A stretch of 43,378 nucleotides of DNA from UHGV virus genome UHGV-0125767; one strand, written 5' to 3'. Numbering within the stretch: position 1 is the first letter of the stretch; every line of letters starts with the position of its first letter. The position numbers and the translations under genes were made by a program. The notes beneath the pieces were generated by a model. That model had not been told where the DNA came from, searched no databases, and saw only the letters and a program-made list of their open reading frames with translations. Below are positions 1-9,055 of this stretch, in pieces. This DNA comes from a virus.

Positions 1-568
1 TTTTTCTATCGTTAACGAATAGATTAGTTCTCTCTGCGACACTCATATTGTTAAATTCTTCTTGTGTAATCCCACCATTTACGTTTTTACCGTCGTCTGG
101 TGTGCGTCCACTTGGTTTACTTTCAGCAAATAAATAAGGCTTAGACTCTTTTAACGATTCAATCGCTTTATCTAAACCTTTAACTTTGCCGTCATCTTGT
201 AGTTCTAGTTCATCTTTGTTGATGAAAGCTAGAATGTCGTCAGCGTCGTTTGCGTCTTTAGCAACTGCCAACTTAACAGCGTTATTCAATTGTGATTCTT
301 GGTACTTAGTTTGCCACTCTGCGTTTTTATCTTTTAATTCGTCGAGTTCTTTTTGTAACTCGCTATCATCTTTCACAGAGTCTTGTAATTTGGCAATTTG
401 TTCGTCACGGTTAGTAATCTCTGCTTTTAATTCATCGATTTCAGCATTCTTGTCATTCAATCGAGAACGTGGTACCATGTCTGATTTCGATTCATCAATA
501 GCGTCAATCACTTTCTGTTCATCGATTTTACCGTCTTTAAATTGCCCTAATAATGCATATAAGTCCAT
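1..568 (-). CDS. capsid scaffolding protein (5' part). The ORF runs off position 1 and, if the window is circular, ends at a TAG inside 43352..43378
   Basis: Minus-strand translation from ATG at 568 gives MDLYALLGQFKDGKIDEQKVIDAIDES...ELKAEITNRDEQIAKLQ...: coiled-coil, acidic, scaffold-like. Position between minor head and capsid genes once the window ends are joined. The six-frame track missed it because it lacks a stop inside the window. Confidence 0.55.
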   Translation of the reverse strand, partial: MDLYALLGQFKDGKIDEQKVIDAIDESKSDMVPRSRLNDKNAEIDELKAEITNRDEQIAKLQDSVKDDSELQKELDELKDKNAEWQTKYQESQLNNAVKLAVAKDANDADDILAFINKDELELQDDGKVKGLDKAIESLKESKPYLFAESKPSGRTPDDGKNVNGGITQEEFNNMSVAERTNLFVNDRK

Positions 569-659
569 ATTTAACTACTCCTTTTACGTTTTTAACGTGT
601 TACGACACGAAAGATTAAAATAAAAGAAGCAGTTTAACGACTTACTTCAGGTCGAGTGT

Positions 660-1607
660 TTAATGCTTGCGTTTATTCTTCTCCCACTCTCTATAGTTAG
701 TGAAAGGTATTACGCCATCTTCTTTAGTTCTCATCGTTGTAGGTAATTCATCTTCGTCTATGTAATAAAGAAGCTTACAACGACAATTGATGTTCTCTTT
801 TGCACTAGCTACACCCACAAACAACTTAGGTGCAGGACCTACACAACCACTTGAGTGAAAGTTATCTTCAATATCTACTGAAGTACCGTCTAAGTGTCTG
901 TGTGTATCACGTGTGCGAGTGTCTTTAGTAGAATACCAACGTTTCTTCATATCGAGTCCATTGTCTTTAGCTACCATTGCACTATCTAACCCTGCTTGTG
1001 ACAATGCCCGTCCTGTTTCTGTACGTGCTACTCTTACTGATTGTGCCTTTGCCATTCCTAAGTCATCTCTTAACGCTTTAGCTATCTTAGAATAGCCTTC
1101 ACCACTCATAATGCCTTGTGTGATATGCATACGAATACGTTTCAATGTATCATCACGATGTTTTTGTAGTGTAGGCACTAACTTAATAAACTCAATAGGT
1201 TGTTCTATAGCTGTCTGTATCGTTTGTGTGGTTGGTATATCAAAGTTCATAGGTGTTTGACTTGCTACTTCATACAAAAATAAGCTCATCATGTACTTTT
1301 CGATATAGATGTTCTGTTGCGACTGTTTGATAGCCTTAGCGACTTCTCTATAGTCTTGTGACAACATTTGGCCTATACGATTAAGCTCTTTGTTGAGCCT
1401 GTTATATTTATTGAATTCAGTCCACGTCACTTGTGGTTCATCTCTATCATATTTTTCATACATATTTGCAATAATCTGTTTGATTTCTTTTAAACGTTTA
1501 GCGAATAGAGTTTCTATTTCTTTGTTAGCTTGATTAATCAGTTTGTCGATGTAATTGTCGATGTCATTCTGGTTGGTTATCTTCGGATTGTCTTTGTTGT
1601 TCGCCAT
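660..1607 (-). CDS. minor head / head morphogenesis protein (SPP1 gp7 / Mu F-like)
   Basis: 315 aa immediately downstream of portal; composition and position typical of gp7-family head protein. Confidence 0.6.
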   Translation of the reverse strand: MANNKDNPKITNQNDIDNYIDKLINQANKEIETLFAKRLKEIKQIIANMYEKYDRDEPQVTWTEFNKYNRLNKELNRIGQMLSQDYREVAKAIKQSQQNIYIEKYMMSLFLYEVASQTPMNFDIPTTQTIQTAIEQPIEFIKLVPTLQKHRDDTLKRIRMHITQGIMSGEGYSKIAKALRDDLGMAKAQSVRVARTETGRALSQAGLDSAMVAKDNGLDMKKRWYSTKDTRTRDTHRHLDGTSVDIEDNFHSSGCVGPAPKLFVGVASAKENINCRCKLLYYIDEDELPTTMRTKEDGVIPFTNYREWEKNKRKH

Positions 1608-3000
1608 TCAATCCCTCCTCAATGTCAGGGAGTTGTTGATTGAGTTCTATGTTTTCTTGTTCTATTCTCTCCATTTCAGCTACAGGATCTTCAACCCAAG
1701 CATGATTAGAAAGAATAGTCTCTTTAGATAATAACCCTGTAGAATTCATAGCAATTTGAGAGTTTTCTAACTCATTTACCATCACATTGAAGTTGAACGT
1801 AATCTCGATATCTTGCACTTTCACATCTAATCTATAGAAATCGATAATGTACTGCAGTAACTCTTGTAATGCAGTAAGTGTTTTATTCTTTAACTTATTA
1901 GCTTTTAAGTCTAAGTTACTGTACATAAATTTGAGCGCTATACCACTAGGGCTATTACCAAACTTATCTTGTTGGAAGTCTACACCTTGCCCAAACTCTA
2001 TAATGTAATCACGTAACATCTTCGTGTATTCCTTAACAGAGTCGATAGGCACTTCTACTTTGATAGTATCTACACCTGAACCACTTTCCCCTGCAACACT
2101 AATCGCTTTGTAGTATTTAAGGTTATGCATGAAGTCTTTCATATCTTCGCCTTCATAACCTTTTAAGATATAAATTAATTCTACCGATTCATCAAAAGTG
2201 TTTTGTGTATCAGATAATCGCTTATCTAACGCGTCTATGATTGTCTTGTACATGAACAGGTCAGATACTTCTTGTGGGTTGTTCTTGAACGGAATAAAAG
2301 GAACACGCCCCCAACTCATCAATTTATTACCTTGATAATAGTGAGGTTGTATATGATCATCACTACGATAGAAATCAGGGATAAGTTGCCCTTCTTTCAA
2401 CTCATAGAACGTCACATCATCTTTAGTCCAATATTCAACACGTTCTGCTCCGTCTAATTCATACACACGGATAAATGCTTGTAGTTCATCTCTTTCTTTA
2501 TTAGTCCAAATAGGAATAGCTTGTTCTGCAGGTACACGAAACGTTTTAAATTCTCCCTCTTCATCTACATAAGGTTGAACCCATTCGATACCTTTGTTAC
2601 TTGCAGCAGTTAATATATCTACTAACTTGTCATCCCACTTGTGATTAAGTGTATGTTGTATTTGCTTTAATGCTTTGTCGTTATCTACACCAAATGTCAC
2701 TGGATTAGCTACTGCATAAGCTACTTTCTGGTCTACTAAGTTTTGATGATAATTTGTGTACATGCGCCAGTCTGGTTTGGTTTCATCATAGTCACCGTTC
2801 ACATCTCTTTTGGGAGGAGCGTCTAGTATATCTGGATGATGATTATAATATCTTTCGCCCATTGTGATATTGTCTATATTCTCTTTATGTTCTCTAACTA
2901 AGCGCAATATCATTTCTTCTTGCGTTTCATACTTCGGTTTAATTTGTTCTACCACTTGTTCATGATATGGTTTGTCCCATGGCCAGTTAATGCTAATCAC
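1564..3000 (-). CDS. portal protein
   Basis: 478 aa, downstream of TerL, acidic C-terminal tail; SPP1 gp6-like portal position. Confidence 0.8.
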   Translation of the reverse strand: MISINWPWDKPYHEQVVEQIKPKYETQEEMILRLVREHKENIDNITMGERYYNHHPDILDAPPKRDVNGDYDETKPDWRMYTNYHQNLVDQKVAYAVANPVTFGVDNDKALKQIQHTLNHKWDDKLVDILTAASNKGIEWVQPYVDEEGEFKTFRVPAEQAIPIWTNKERDELQAFIRVYELDGAERVEYWTKDDVTFYELKEGQLIPDFYRSDDHIQPHYYQGNKLMSWGRVPFIPFKNNPQEVSDLFMYKTIIDALDKRLSDTQNTFDESVELIYILKGYEGEDMKDFMHNLKYYKAISVAGESGSGVDTIKVEVPIDSVKEYTKMLRDYIIEFGQGVDFQQDKFGNSPSGIALKFMYSNLDLKANKLKNKTLTALQELLQYIIDFYRLDVKVQDIEITFNFNVMVNELENSQIAMNSTGLLSKETILSNHAWVEDPVAEMERIEQENIELNQQLPDIEEGLNGEQQRQSEDNQPE

Positions 3001-3005
3001 CTCGT

Positions 3006-4298
3006 TTACGTAAGTATGCTAAGTTTATTCTGCCTCATGTCACGCTCTAAGGCGTATCTAGTGGCGTCTATCGTATGATTGTCTTTATCCTCTAATCTCG
3101 GTTTAACGTTGCCGTCTTTGTCAGTTTCATAGTCGATATTCTCAAATTCTCTCGCTATATTAGGTGTTCTGTTAGGATCTATCACAATAGCTGTTAAATC
3201 ATCAAGCCATTGTTCCCCGTGTTCTACACTGTCAGGACCTTTTTTCACACCTTTAATTCTCTTGATACCGTGTTCTTGTTTCAGCTCTGCAATCGACTTC
3301 GGTTCAGCGCTATCTGCGAATATATCATCTGATTGATAGCCTCTACGTTTTAACCAGTTAGCAAACTCTCTATTGCTTATTTGTACACCATAGTGTTCAT
3401 CAACTGCATAGATAATACGTTTCTTCTTATCATAGTGCCAACGTACAAATGCTAGTGGATCAGTAGCATAACCAAAGTCAACTGCATTACGTATATTATC
3501 GAATGTCTTGTATAAGTCATCAGGTATCTTCTCTATTTGCAAGTTGTTAAACGGTACAACGCCACTACCAATAGCTTCACCCATATATTCCCAACGATAA
3601 CGTTGTTCGTTACGTTCTTTAGCACTCTCTGCCTCTTGTATAAACTGTTTAGAGATAAAAGGGTTATCTAAGTACGTTGAATGATGTACGAATGTGTTAT
3701 CTGGTTGGAATGAGGTTTCATATTTTTTATTAACCCACGATTGTTTTCTCTTAGGTGGGTTATAACTAAAGAAAAACTTATAAAATAATCCGTCATCTAA
3801 TTCACCACGTAACATAGAGTTAGTAATTGTCGTAACTTCATCTTCTGTCTTAAATTCTGCTAACTCCTCTATCCACATGATAGAAAAAGGGAACCGACTA
3901 TCTTTTAACGACTTTAATCGTTCAGGGTTCTGCGCCCCTCTAAAGATAATCCGATTCCCTCTAGGAACATACGTGATTTCCATTGGCGACACTTTAACTT
4001 TGAACAGGTGTGACACCTTTTGTTCTTCTATCGCCCACTTAATTTGCTCAAATACTGATGTAGCTAGTGTATTGTCTGTCTTACGTACTACAACTGCATT
4101 CATAGGATAGCGCATGATTAACTGTGTAATGATGATAGATATATCAGACGACTTACCACTACCACGTCCACCTTTAGCTACTATGTTAAGCTTCTCTCTA
4201 TCTTTAGTTGCTTTCCATAAGCTATGGAAGTGTTTAGGTAACAGTTCAGATAGGTTAATCGATATCGTCATTGAACTGTACCGTCGCAGTCGTTTCAA
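3006..4298 (-). CDS. terL: terminase large subunit
   Basis: 430 aa; N-terminal ATPase region (AKGGRGSGKS Walker A-like) and C-terminal nuclease region; follows TerS. Confidence 0.85.
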   Translation of the reverse strand: MKRLRRYSSMTISINLSELLPKHFHSLWKATKDREKLNIVAKGGRGSGKSSDISIIITQLIMRYPMNAVVVRKTDNTLATSVFEQIKWAIEEQKVSHLFKVKVSPMEITYVPRGNRIIFRGAQNPERLKSLKDSRFPFSIMWIEELAEFKTEDEVTTITNSMLRGELDDGLFYKFFFSYNPPKRKQSWVNKKYETSFQPDNTFVHHSTYLDNPFISKQFIQEAESAKERNEQRYRWEYMGEAIGSGVVPFNNLQIEKIPDDLYKTFDNIRNAVDFGYATDPLAFVRWHYDKKKRIIYAVDEHYGVQISNREFANWLKRRGYQSDDIFADSAEPKSIAELKQEHGIKRIKGVKKGPDSVEHGEQWLDDLTAIVIDPNRTPNIAREFENIDYETDKDGNVKPRLEDKDNHTIDATRYALERDMRQNKLSILT

Positions 4299-4689
4299 TT
4301 TGTTGCTTGTCTGTCCACATCATATATCGTTTACCTAATAATTCCGCAGCTTTCGTTCTAGCGTTAGTATCTGATCGTTTTTCCAAAGACTCTACTTCCA
4401 TTTCACCTTTACCAATTCCAATCGGTATGAGTTCTTGATCTGTTACCTCCCCACGTAATACAGAGGTGAGATATTGAAGTATTTCATCTTGGTCTGCAAT
4501 TGAATCTTTTTTCAGTTTTTCCATTCGTTTGTCTATTTCTGCTTTTATTCCCACATTTTCCAACAATTTATGACTACTTGATTTTGCGTATTTCTCACTA
4601 TAACCAGCCCTGATTGCCGATTGATAAGCAGTACCTGTCTTAATGTACTCATCAACAAATGCTTGTTGTTTAAGATTCAGTTTCGTCAT
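4255..4689 (-). CDS. terS: terminase small subunit
   Basis: 144 aa, MTKLNLKQQAFVDEYIKTGTAYQSAIRAGYSEKYAKSSSHKLL... HTH-like N-terminus typical of P27-family TerS; 44-nt overlap with terL. Confidence 0.75.
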   Translation of the reverse strand: MTKLNLKQQAFVDEYIKTGTAYQSAIRAGYSEKYAKSSSHKLLENVGIKAEIDKRMEKLKKDSIADQDEILQYLTSVLRGEVTDQELIPIGIGKGEMEVESLEKRSDTNARTKAAELLGKRYMMWTDKQQIETTATVQFNDDID

Positions 4690-5195
4690 CGTATATTACC
4701 ACCTACTCTCACGGTTAAGCACCTTTATTTGACGTATAAAAAAAGACACTGCATAAACAGTGCCTAATGATTATGTTTTGTTATTTATTTGAGTTTATGT
4801 ACTCATGTCACATCTCTATGTCACATCAATACATAAAAAAGTTACCCGTGTGTTCTCACGGATAACTAACAAGAAAGACAAAAAAAGCTATATTACAAAC
4901 TAATTAAACATAAGAAGTATCACTGTGCTTCTATATATGGTGATATAAAAGACGATACTGATGAAAATGGTAATGAATATAAAATTCATATTTGTAAGAT
5001 TCAATAAAACTACCCGCCACTCTGACGGATAGTTAAGCAATCGGATGTGCAACGTCTAATCAAGGACGATAAACACTTATCCAATCACTTCGATATTGAA
5101 TACCTCACCATAGTGCGAAAGGATAAACACTATGTCTTGTGAGGTAATTCTTACACATTCATTATATAAAATTAATATATCCTTTGAAAAATACT

Positions 5196-5228
5196 GTCAT
5201 TTCGGTCATTTTCGTCATTATTGTCATT
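5196..5228. repeat. 4 x GTCATT tandem repeats with 9-bp period at the 3' end of the 133-aa gene
   Basis: GTCATT at 5196, 5205, 5214, 5223 (gtcatttcg/gtcattttc/gtcattatt/gtcattgca). Confidence 0.5.
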
Positions 5229-5625
5229 GCAATAAATAAATCTTTTCTGCTAACTCATCTTTGCGTGCTAAAAAATTATTTCTATTCAATTTAGCATTAG
5301 GCATCTTTTCTATTATCTTATCTCTACGTCTGCCTTTCTTGAGGTGTTCTAGAAAACAAAAATCAACATGCCCTAATTTTTGTTGAGATTGATTGATGAA
5401 CTCAACTTCTTTTAACATTTGTGCGTATCTTTTATTTGTTCTTTCTAATCTAATTACTACATCTTCAACTTTACTGCCGTTTTCTCCTTGTGGTTTAGGT
5501 AACGTAGCTTGTATCCCATATTGTGCTATAGAATTACTATCACATTCAGGTACTACATCCTCTAAGATATTACAATTCATTTTATATCCATCAATCATGT
5601 TTAATATAGATGCTTTTGAATACAC
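5224..5625 (-). CDS. hypothetical protein; positional candidate for late-gene transcriptional activator (RinA/ArpU/LtrC class). GTG start
   Basis: 133 aa, basic C-terminal half (KKGRRRDKIIEK), last gene before the long noncoding region upstream of terS; no sequence-level match to phi11 RinA recalled. Confidence 0.25.
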   Translation of the reverse strand: MYSKASILNMIDGYKMNCNILEDVVPECDSNSIAQYGIQATLPKPQGENGSKVEDVVIRLERTNKRYAQMLKEVEFINQSQQKLGHVDFCFLEHLKKGRRRDKIIEKMPNAKLNRNNFLARKDELAEKIYLLQ

Positions 5626-5631
5626 TAAATA

Positions 5632-5772
5632 TTACCCTCCATTCTCCAACTTATCTTTCAAAGTCTTAATCTCATACTCTTTCACTTCTAACTGATGTTT
5701 TAGATCATTCTGTTCAAGCAATGAGCCAAATAGTAGTAAAACTAATATAATGATTGCTATTACGCCCCACAT
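5632..5772 (-). CDS. 46-aa single-TM peptide (MWGVIAIIILVLLLFGSLLEQNDLKHQLEVKEYEIKTLKDKLENGG)
   Basis: ATG at 5772 preceded by AGAGGTGG SD 8 nt upstream; N-terminal TM helix then coiled-coil; overlaps stop of upstream gene. Confidence 0.35.
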   Translation of the reverse strand: MWGVIAIIILVLLLFGSLLEQNDLKHQLEVKEYEIKTLKDKLENGG

Positions 5773-6158
5773 TGTTTGACCACCTCTAAATTAGGTTTGT
5801 GTTCTAGTACACGTCCGTTAAAACTACATGCATCTTCTTTAGCTGAATATAAATCGTCGTAAGATAAAGCTTCAAATACATTGTCAGTGATTATGCATGT
5901 GTTTCCATAACTACCTATATATTTTTTCACTAAATATACTCCTTTTTTTAACTCAACCACGTATTTGCCTATGTTGTTTTTATTATCCTTATTTTTCAAC
6001 CAAGATACCTCTCTTTCTAAATGTAACTTATCTAATTGCAATCCATGTTTATCTTCCTGTAACTCATTAACTCTTTTCTCTGCTTTAATCCACTTATATA
6101 TAGCAAAAATACACAGTACTAACACAATTATTACCGATGAAAAACTTATCCAAATCAC
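5760..6158 (-). CDS. membrane-anchored hypothetical protein
   Basis: 132 aa, N-terminal TM segment then charged coiled-coil. Confidence 0.35.
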   Translation of the reverse strand: MIWISFSSVIIVLVLCIFAIYKWIKAEKRVNELQEDKHGLQLDKLHLEREVSWLKNKDNKNNIGKYVVELKKGVYLVKKYIGSYGNTCIITDNVFEALSYDDLYSAKEDACSFNGRVLEHKPNLEVVKQCGA

Positions 6159-6159
6159 A

Positions 6160-6360
6160 TTAATAACCTCCTAAAATCCCAAAATATAAAAAGTGTAAAA
6201 ATAGCAAGATAGAAAGTAAAAACATGGTAACGGAAAACCCAATCGTTACATATTCCTTGTATTTAATTCCTTCAACAAAAAGATATATTATAAATATCTC
6301 CATTAAAACAAAGACTATAGACAATGTTATAATTGTAATCATATATATAATTTCACCCAA
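6160..6360 (-). CDS. small 2-TM membrane protein
   Basis: 66 aa, two hydrophobic helices. Confidence 0.35.
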   Translation of the reverse strand: MGEIIYMITIITLSIVFVLMEIFIIYLFVEGIKYKEYVTIGFSVTMFLLSILLFLHFLYFGILGGY

Positions 6361-6363
6361 TAT

Positions 6364-6534
6364 TTAATAACCTCCGTATATGCCATTTAAATGAGCGTGG
6401 TCATTCTCGTCAAAGTCCTTAGGCACTTCCACCTCATCATTTGCAGTTAACTTATAATAAACTTCTCTGCCAATCCATTTGCCCAACTCATACATTGCGA
6501 TAGTAAACCAAATCTTTAATATTCGTTTAATCAA
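6364..6534 (-). CDS. rinB: RinB-like small transcriptional regulator (TTG start)
   Basis: 56 aa ...IKRILKIWFTIAMYELGKWIGREVYYKLTANDEVEVPKDFDEN..., resembling recalled phi11 RinB (..LLAMYELGKYV..TANDDVE.P.DF). AAGGAG SD 8 nt upstream of TTG. Below the 60-aa ORF cutoff so absent from the track. Confidence 0.5.
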   Translation of the reverse strand: MIKRILKIWFTIAMYELGKWIGREVYYKLTANDEVEVPKDFDENDHAHLNGIYGGY

Positions 6535-6582
6535 CCTGCTCACTCCTTACCTAATATTCTTTTAATCTCTGCTACTATTTCT

Positions 6583-7134
6583 TTAGAATCCTTTTGATCC
6601 AAAGCCTTGCTCTCCTCTTTCTGACCCACTGCTAAACTCCTCTATTTCTTTTAACTCTGGTGTCCAAATAGGTACGATAACGAGTTGTGCGAGTTTGTCG
6701 CCTTTTTTAATGACATAACTTGTGTTTCTTGGTTTAAAAATATCTAGCGGATTAGAGCTTTGCTCTTCAATTGGTTCGTTAAAGCTTCCGTCATCGATTA
6801 TTTCATTTTTTATATCTTTATAGATAAATTCATCTGCATCTACTACTTCAATATCATTCTTAATATTAATCTTCATATTACCTTGAAAACCTGCGTCTAT
6901 CTTGCCTGTTTCAATCACTAAATGTGTTTTACTACTTACACCACTTCTTGACGTTAATAGCCCTACATACCCCTCTGGAATGTTCACAGCAATGTCTGTT
7001 CTAATCGTTGCTTTCTCTTGAGGCTCAAGTATTACTGTTTCTGCCGAATAGATATCGTACCCAGCATCTAATCTATCTCTCTTCGGCATAGTCGCATTTT
7101 CTGTTAATAATTTAATTTCTAGTTCTTTAGTCAT
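6583..7134 (-). CDS. dut: dUTP pyrophosphatase (trimeric phage Dut with extra motif insert)
   Basis: 183 aa; AGYDIYS, LLTSRSG, GKIDAGFQG motifs of dUTPase; insert region as in staphylococcal phage Duts. Confidence 0.85.
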   Translation of the reverse strand: MTKELEIKLLTENATMPKRDRLDAGYDIYSAETVILEPQEKATIRTDIAVNIPEGYVGLLTSRSGVSSKTHLVIETGKIDAGFQGNMKINIKNDIEVVDADEFIYKDIKNEIIDDGSFNEPIEEQSSNPLDIFKPRNTSYVIKKGDKLAQLVIVPIWTPELKEIEEFSSGSERGEQGFGSKGF

Positions 7135-7324
7135 TTATTGTTCCTCCATTTTCTACTAAACTCTTTGAATTATTTTCCACTATTTTGTCGTACAACTCTG
7201 CCTTGCGATATACTTCGTTAAGCTCTTTGATTAGTAAACACCCATCGTGTCCTGTAAAAGCTGTAGATGATACTATGCAGCGTTGGATAAACTCTCTATT
7301 GTCCATTGCAAGCCTCCAAATCAC
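7127..7324 (-). CDS. hypothetical protein
   Basis: 65 aa ORF in tightly packed overlapping early gene string. Confidence 0.3.
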   Translation of the reverse strand: MIWRLAMDNREFIQRCIVSSTAFTGHDGCLLIKELNEVYRKAELYDKIVENNSKSLVENGGTIND

Positions 7325-7568
7325 TTAATAAATTTTGAAACTCATGCGTTCCGTCTAGTTCGTCCATGTATTTTAAATCTCGATTTAATTCGTTTTTAAT
7401 TACCATTGCGTTAGCTATTTGAAATAAATGATACTGATTGTTAGGTTTTATAATTTGATTTACTGAGCGATGTACTTTCATATATTCTTGTAACTTCTTT
7501 CCTTTCAACTCTAGCCATGCACGTTTATATTCTTTATCCTTCACGTTTGGTCTCCTTGTAATTATCAA
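7296..7568 (-). CDS. hypothetical protein
   Basis: 90 aa; overlapping gene string. Confidence 0.3.
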   Translation of the reverse strand: MIITRRPNVKDKEYKRAWLELKGKKLQEYMKVHRSVNQIIKPNNQYHLFQIANAMVIKNELNRDLKYMDELDGTHEFQNLLSDLEACNGQ

Positions 7569-7818
7569 TTATTTGAAATACATAAGCTGTGAACTCTTTT
7601 GCCCAACAGTCTTCCTCTGCCGTTTCCAATATCTCATCAAACGCCTCTGCCTTCTTTTTAATTTCTGCCATATCATTGATGAGTTCATCACGTTGTTTCT
7701 TGTATGAGTCACGTTCATCTCTGAACTTCCACCAATCACTACGCGGATAGCTTTCGTCTAAATCTAAGTCTTTATTCTTGATAAATTCTAATAATTGTTC
7801 TTTAGTTATTTCTGCCAT
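7534..7818 (-). CDS. hypothetical acidic protein
   Basis: 94 aa, D/E rich (DLDLDESYP..., AEEDCW). Confidence 0.3.
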   Translation of the reverse strand: MAEITKEQLLEFIKNKDLDLDESYPRSDWWKFRDERDSYKKQRDELINDMAEIKKKAEAFDEILETAEEDCWAKEFTAYVFQIIDNYKETKREG

Positions 7819-8026
7819 TCCTCATACACTCCCTATTCTTTCTTATATTCTCTTTTTCAACTTTCATCGTCACTCTGCTTCCCGCTACTTTAACCACAAA
7901 GCCTTTAACACCTATCTGTCGTAATTCCTGTTGTATCTGGGTAGGTGTCTTGCCTTGTGTGTTGTATTTGTAACGTTGGTTGATAGTTGAGGATAATTCT
8001 AATGTGCTAGTTGTCATTTTCATCAT
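7802..8026 (-). CDS. hypothetical small basic protein
   Basis: 74 aa. Confidence 0.3.
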   Translation of the reverse strand: MMKMTTSTLELSSTINQRYKYNTQGKTPTQIQQELRQIGVKGFVVKVAGSRVTMKVEKENIRKNRECMRNGRNN

Positions 8027-8255
8027 CGTTTACATATAAGTCTTTGAATATATCTTTGTCTGTTTTTAAACAAGTAATATTACCACCAGTTACTTGTACA
8101 TTTAATTTTCTTTCATCGTCATCATCTTCTTCTAATCCAATTTGCATATAAGCAGATGGAGTTTGTAGTAAATATGTTTCTTTTTCTAAATCTAATTCTT
8201 TTCCTATTTTTTCTTTAATTTCTTTAACTGCTTGTTCTACAAAATCCATTATCAT
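8007..8255 (-). CDS. hypothetical strongly acidic protein
   Basis: 82 aa with EEDDDDERK and DDENDN runs. Confidence 0.3.
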   Translation of the reverse strand: MIMDFVEQAVKEIKEKIGKELDLEKETYLLQTPSAYMQIGLEEDDDDERKLNVQVTGGNITCLKTDKDIFKDLYVNDDENDN

Positions 8256-8794
8256 CGTCTCCTTTTTTCTATATTTTTTTGTTTGATCATCAATTTTGAT
8301 AGATGAATAGCAGACTCAACTAATTCTGGATTATCGAATCTCATATCGTTATTGATAACTTTTAACCATACTCCACGCTCAACACAATAAAGATTTTTTA
8401 TTCTAAAATCTCTGTTGTCCCCGTTAAGAAAAATAACTACATAACCTTCCGGAATCCTTCCATGTTTTTGCTCCCATAAGTAATGATGATAGAGTTTCCA
8501 ATTTTTGTTATAGTCTCCCTTAGAATTTGAATGTTTAATAATTACATATCCGTCTTTATCAATACTTTTAGTTCCAATTGCATAAGTATTATAAGAATGA
8601 TCACCTTTTTTAAATCTTCCTGTATTGTTATTGAATTTAATTCCAATTTGATACATTTTGGACTTAAGAGACGACTTAGATTGATTTGTCCCGAATCTAT
8701 TGTTGAAAGATTGCGTTAAATCTTCTGAATTGTTACCATTCGCATTTTCTTTTAGAAATTTCACATGTTTATCTTGCCATTTAAAATATGTCAT
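8252..8794 (-). CDS. HNH homing endonuclease-like protein
   Basis: 180 aa; HHYLWEQKHGRIPEGYVVIFLNGDNRDFRIKNL matches HNH_3/AP2-like homing endonuclease signature. Confidence 0.55.
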   Translation of the reverse strand: MTYFKWQDKHVKFLKENANGNNSEDLTQSFNNRFGTNQSKSSLKSKMYQIGIKFNNNTGRFKKGDHSYNTYAIGTKSIDKDGYVIIKHSNSKGDYNKNWKLYHHYLWEQKHGRIPEGYVVIFLNGDNRDFRIKNLYCVERGVWLKVINNDMRFDNPELVESAIHLSKLMIKQKNIEKRRR

Positions 8795-9051
8795 TTTTCT
8801 TTGTTTTCCAACATTTTAGGTAATTTAGCGTCAGCATTCATTTGCTCATCTTTAAACTTATGCGCTTGTAAAATTAGGTTTCCATTACTCACAATGTTTT
8901 TAGCTACATCAGAAACTGCTTTAGATCTATTCAATTCTTCTTGTAATTCTTCGCCTTTTAATTCTTCATCGCTTAATCTTTCTAATTGCGCAAATAAATG
9001 ATTGTTTAAGTCATTTAATGTGTTTTTAGTCATATATTGTATCCTCCTCAA
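8791..9051 (-). CDS. hypothetical coiled-coil protein
   Basis: 86 aa. Confidence 0.3.
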   Translation of the reverse strand: MRRIQYMTKNTLNDLNNHLFAQLERLSDEELKGEELQEELNRSKAVSDVAKNIVSNGNLILQAHKFKDEQMNADAKLPKMLENKEK

Positions 9052-9055
9052 AGAT

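Noticed and set aside
186-623. 145-aa plus-strand ORF (Ser/Cys-rich)
   Set aside because: Lies antisense to the far better scaffold-protein reading frame on the minus strand; low-complexity translation; no RBS
4921-5000. Small plus-strand ORF MKMVMNIKFIFVRFNKTTRHSDG in the noncoding region
   Set aside because: No ribosome-binding site and implausible composition; region more likely regulatory
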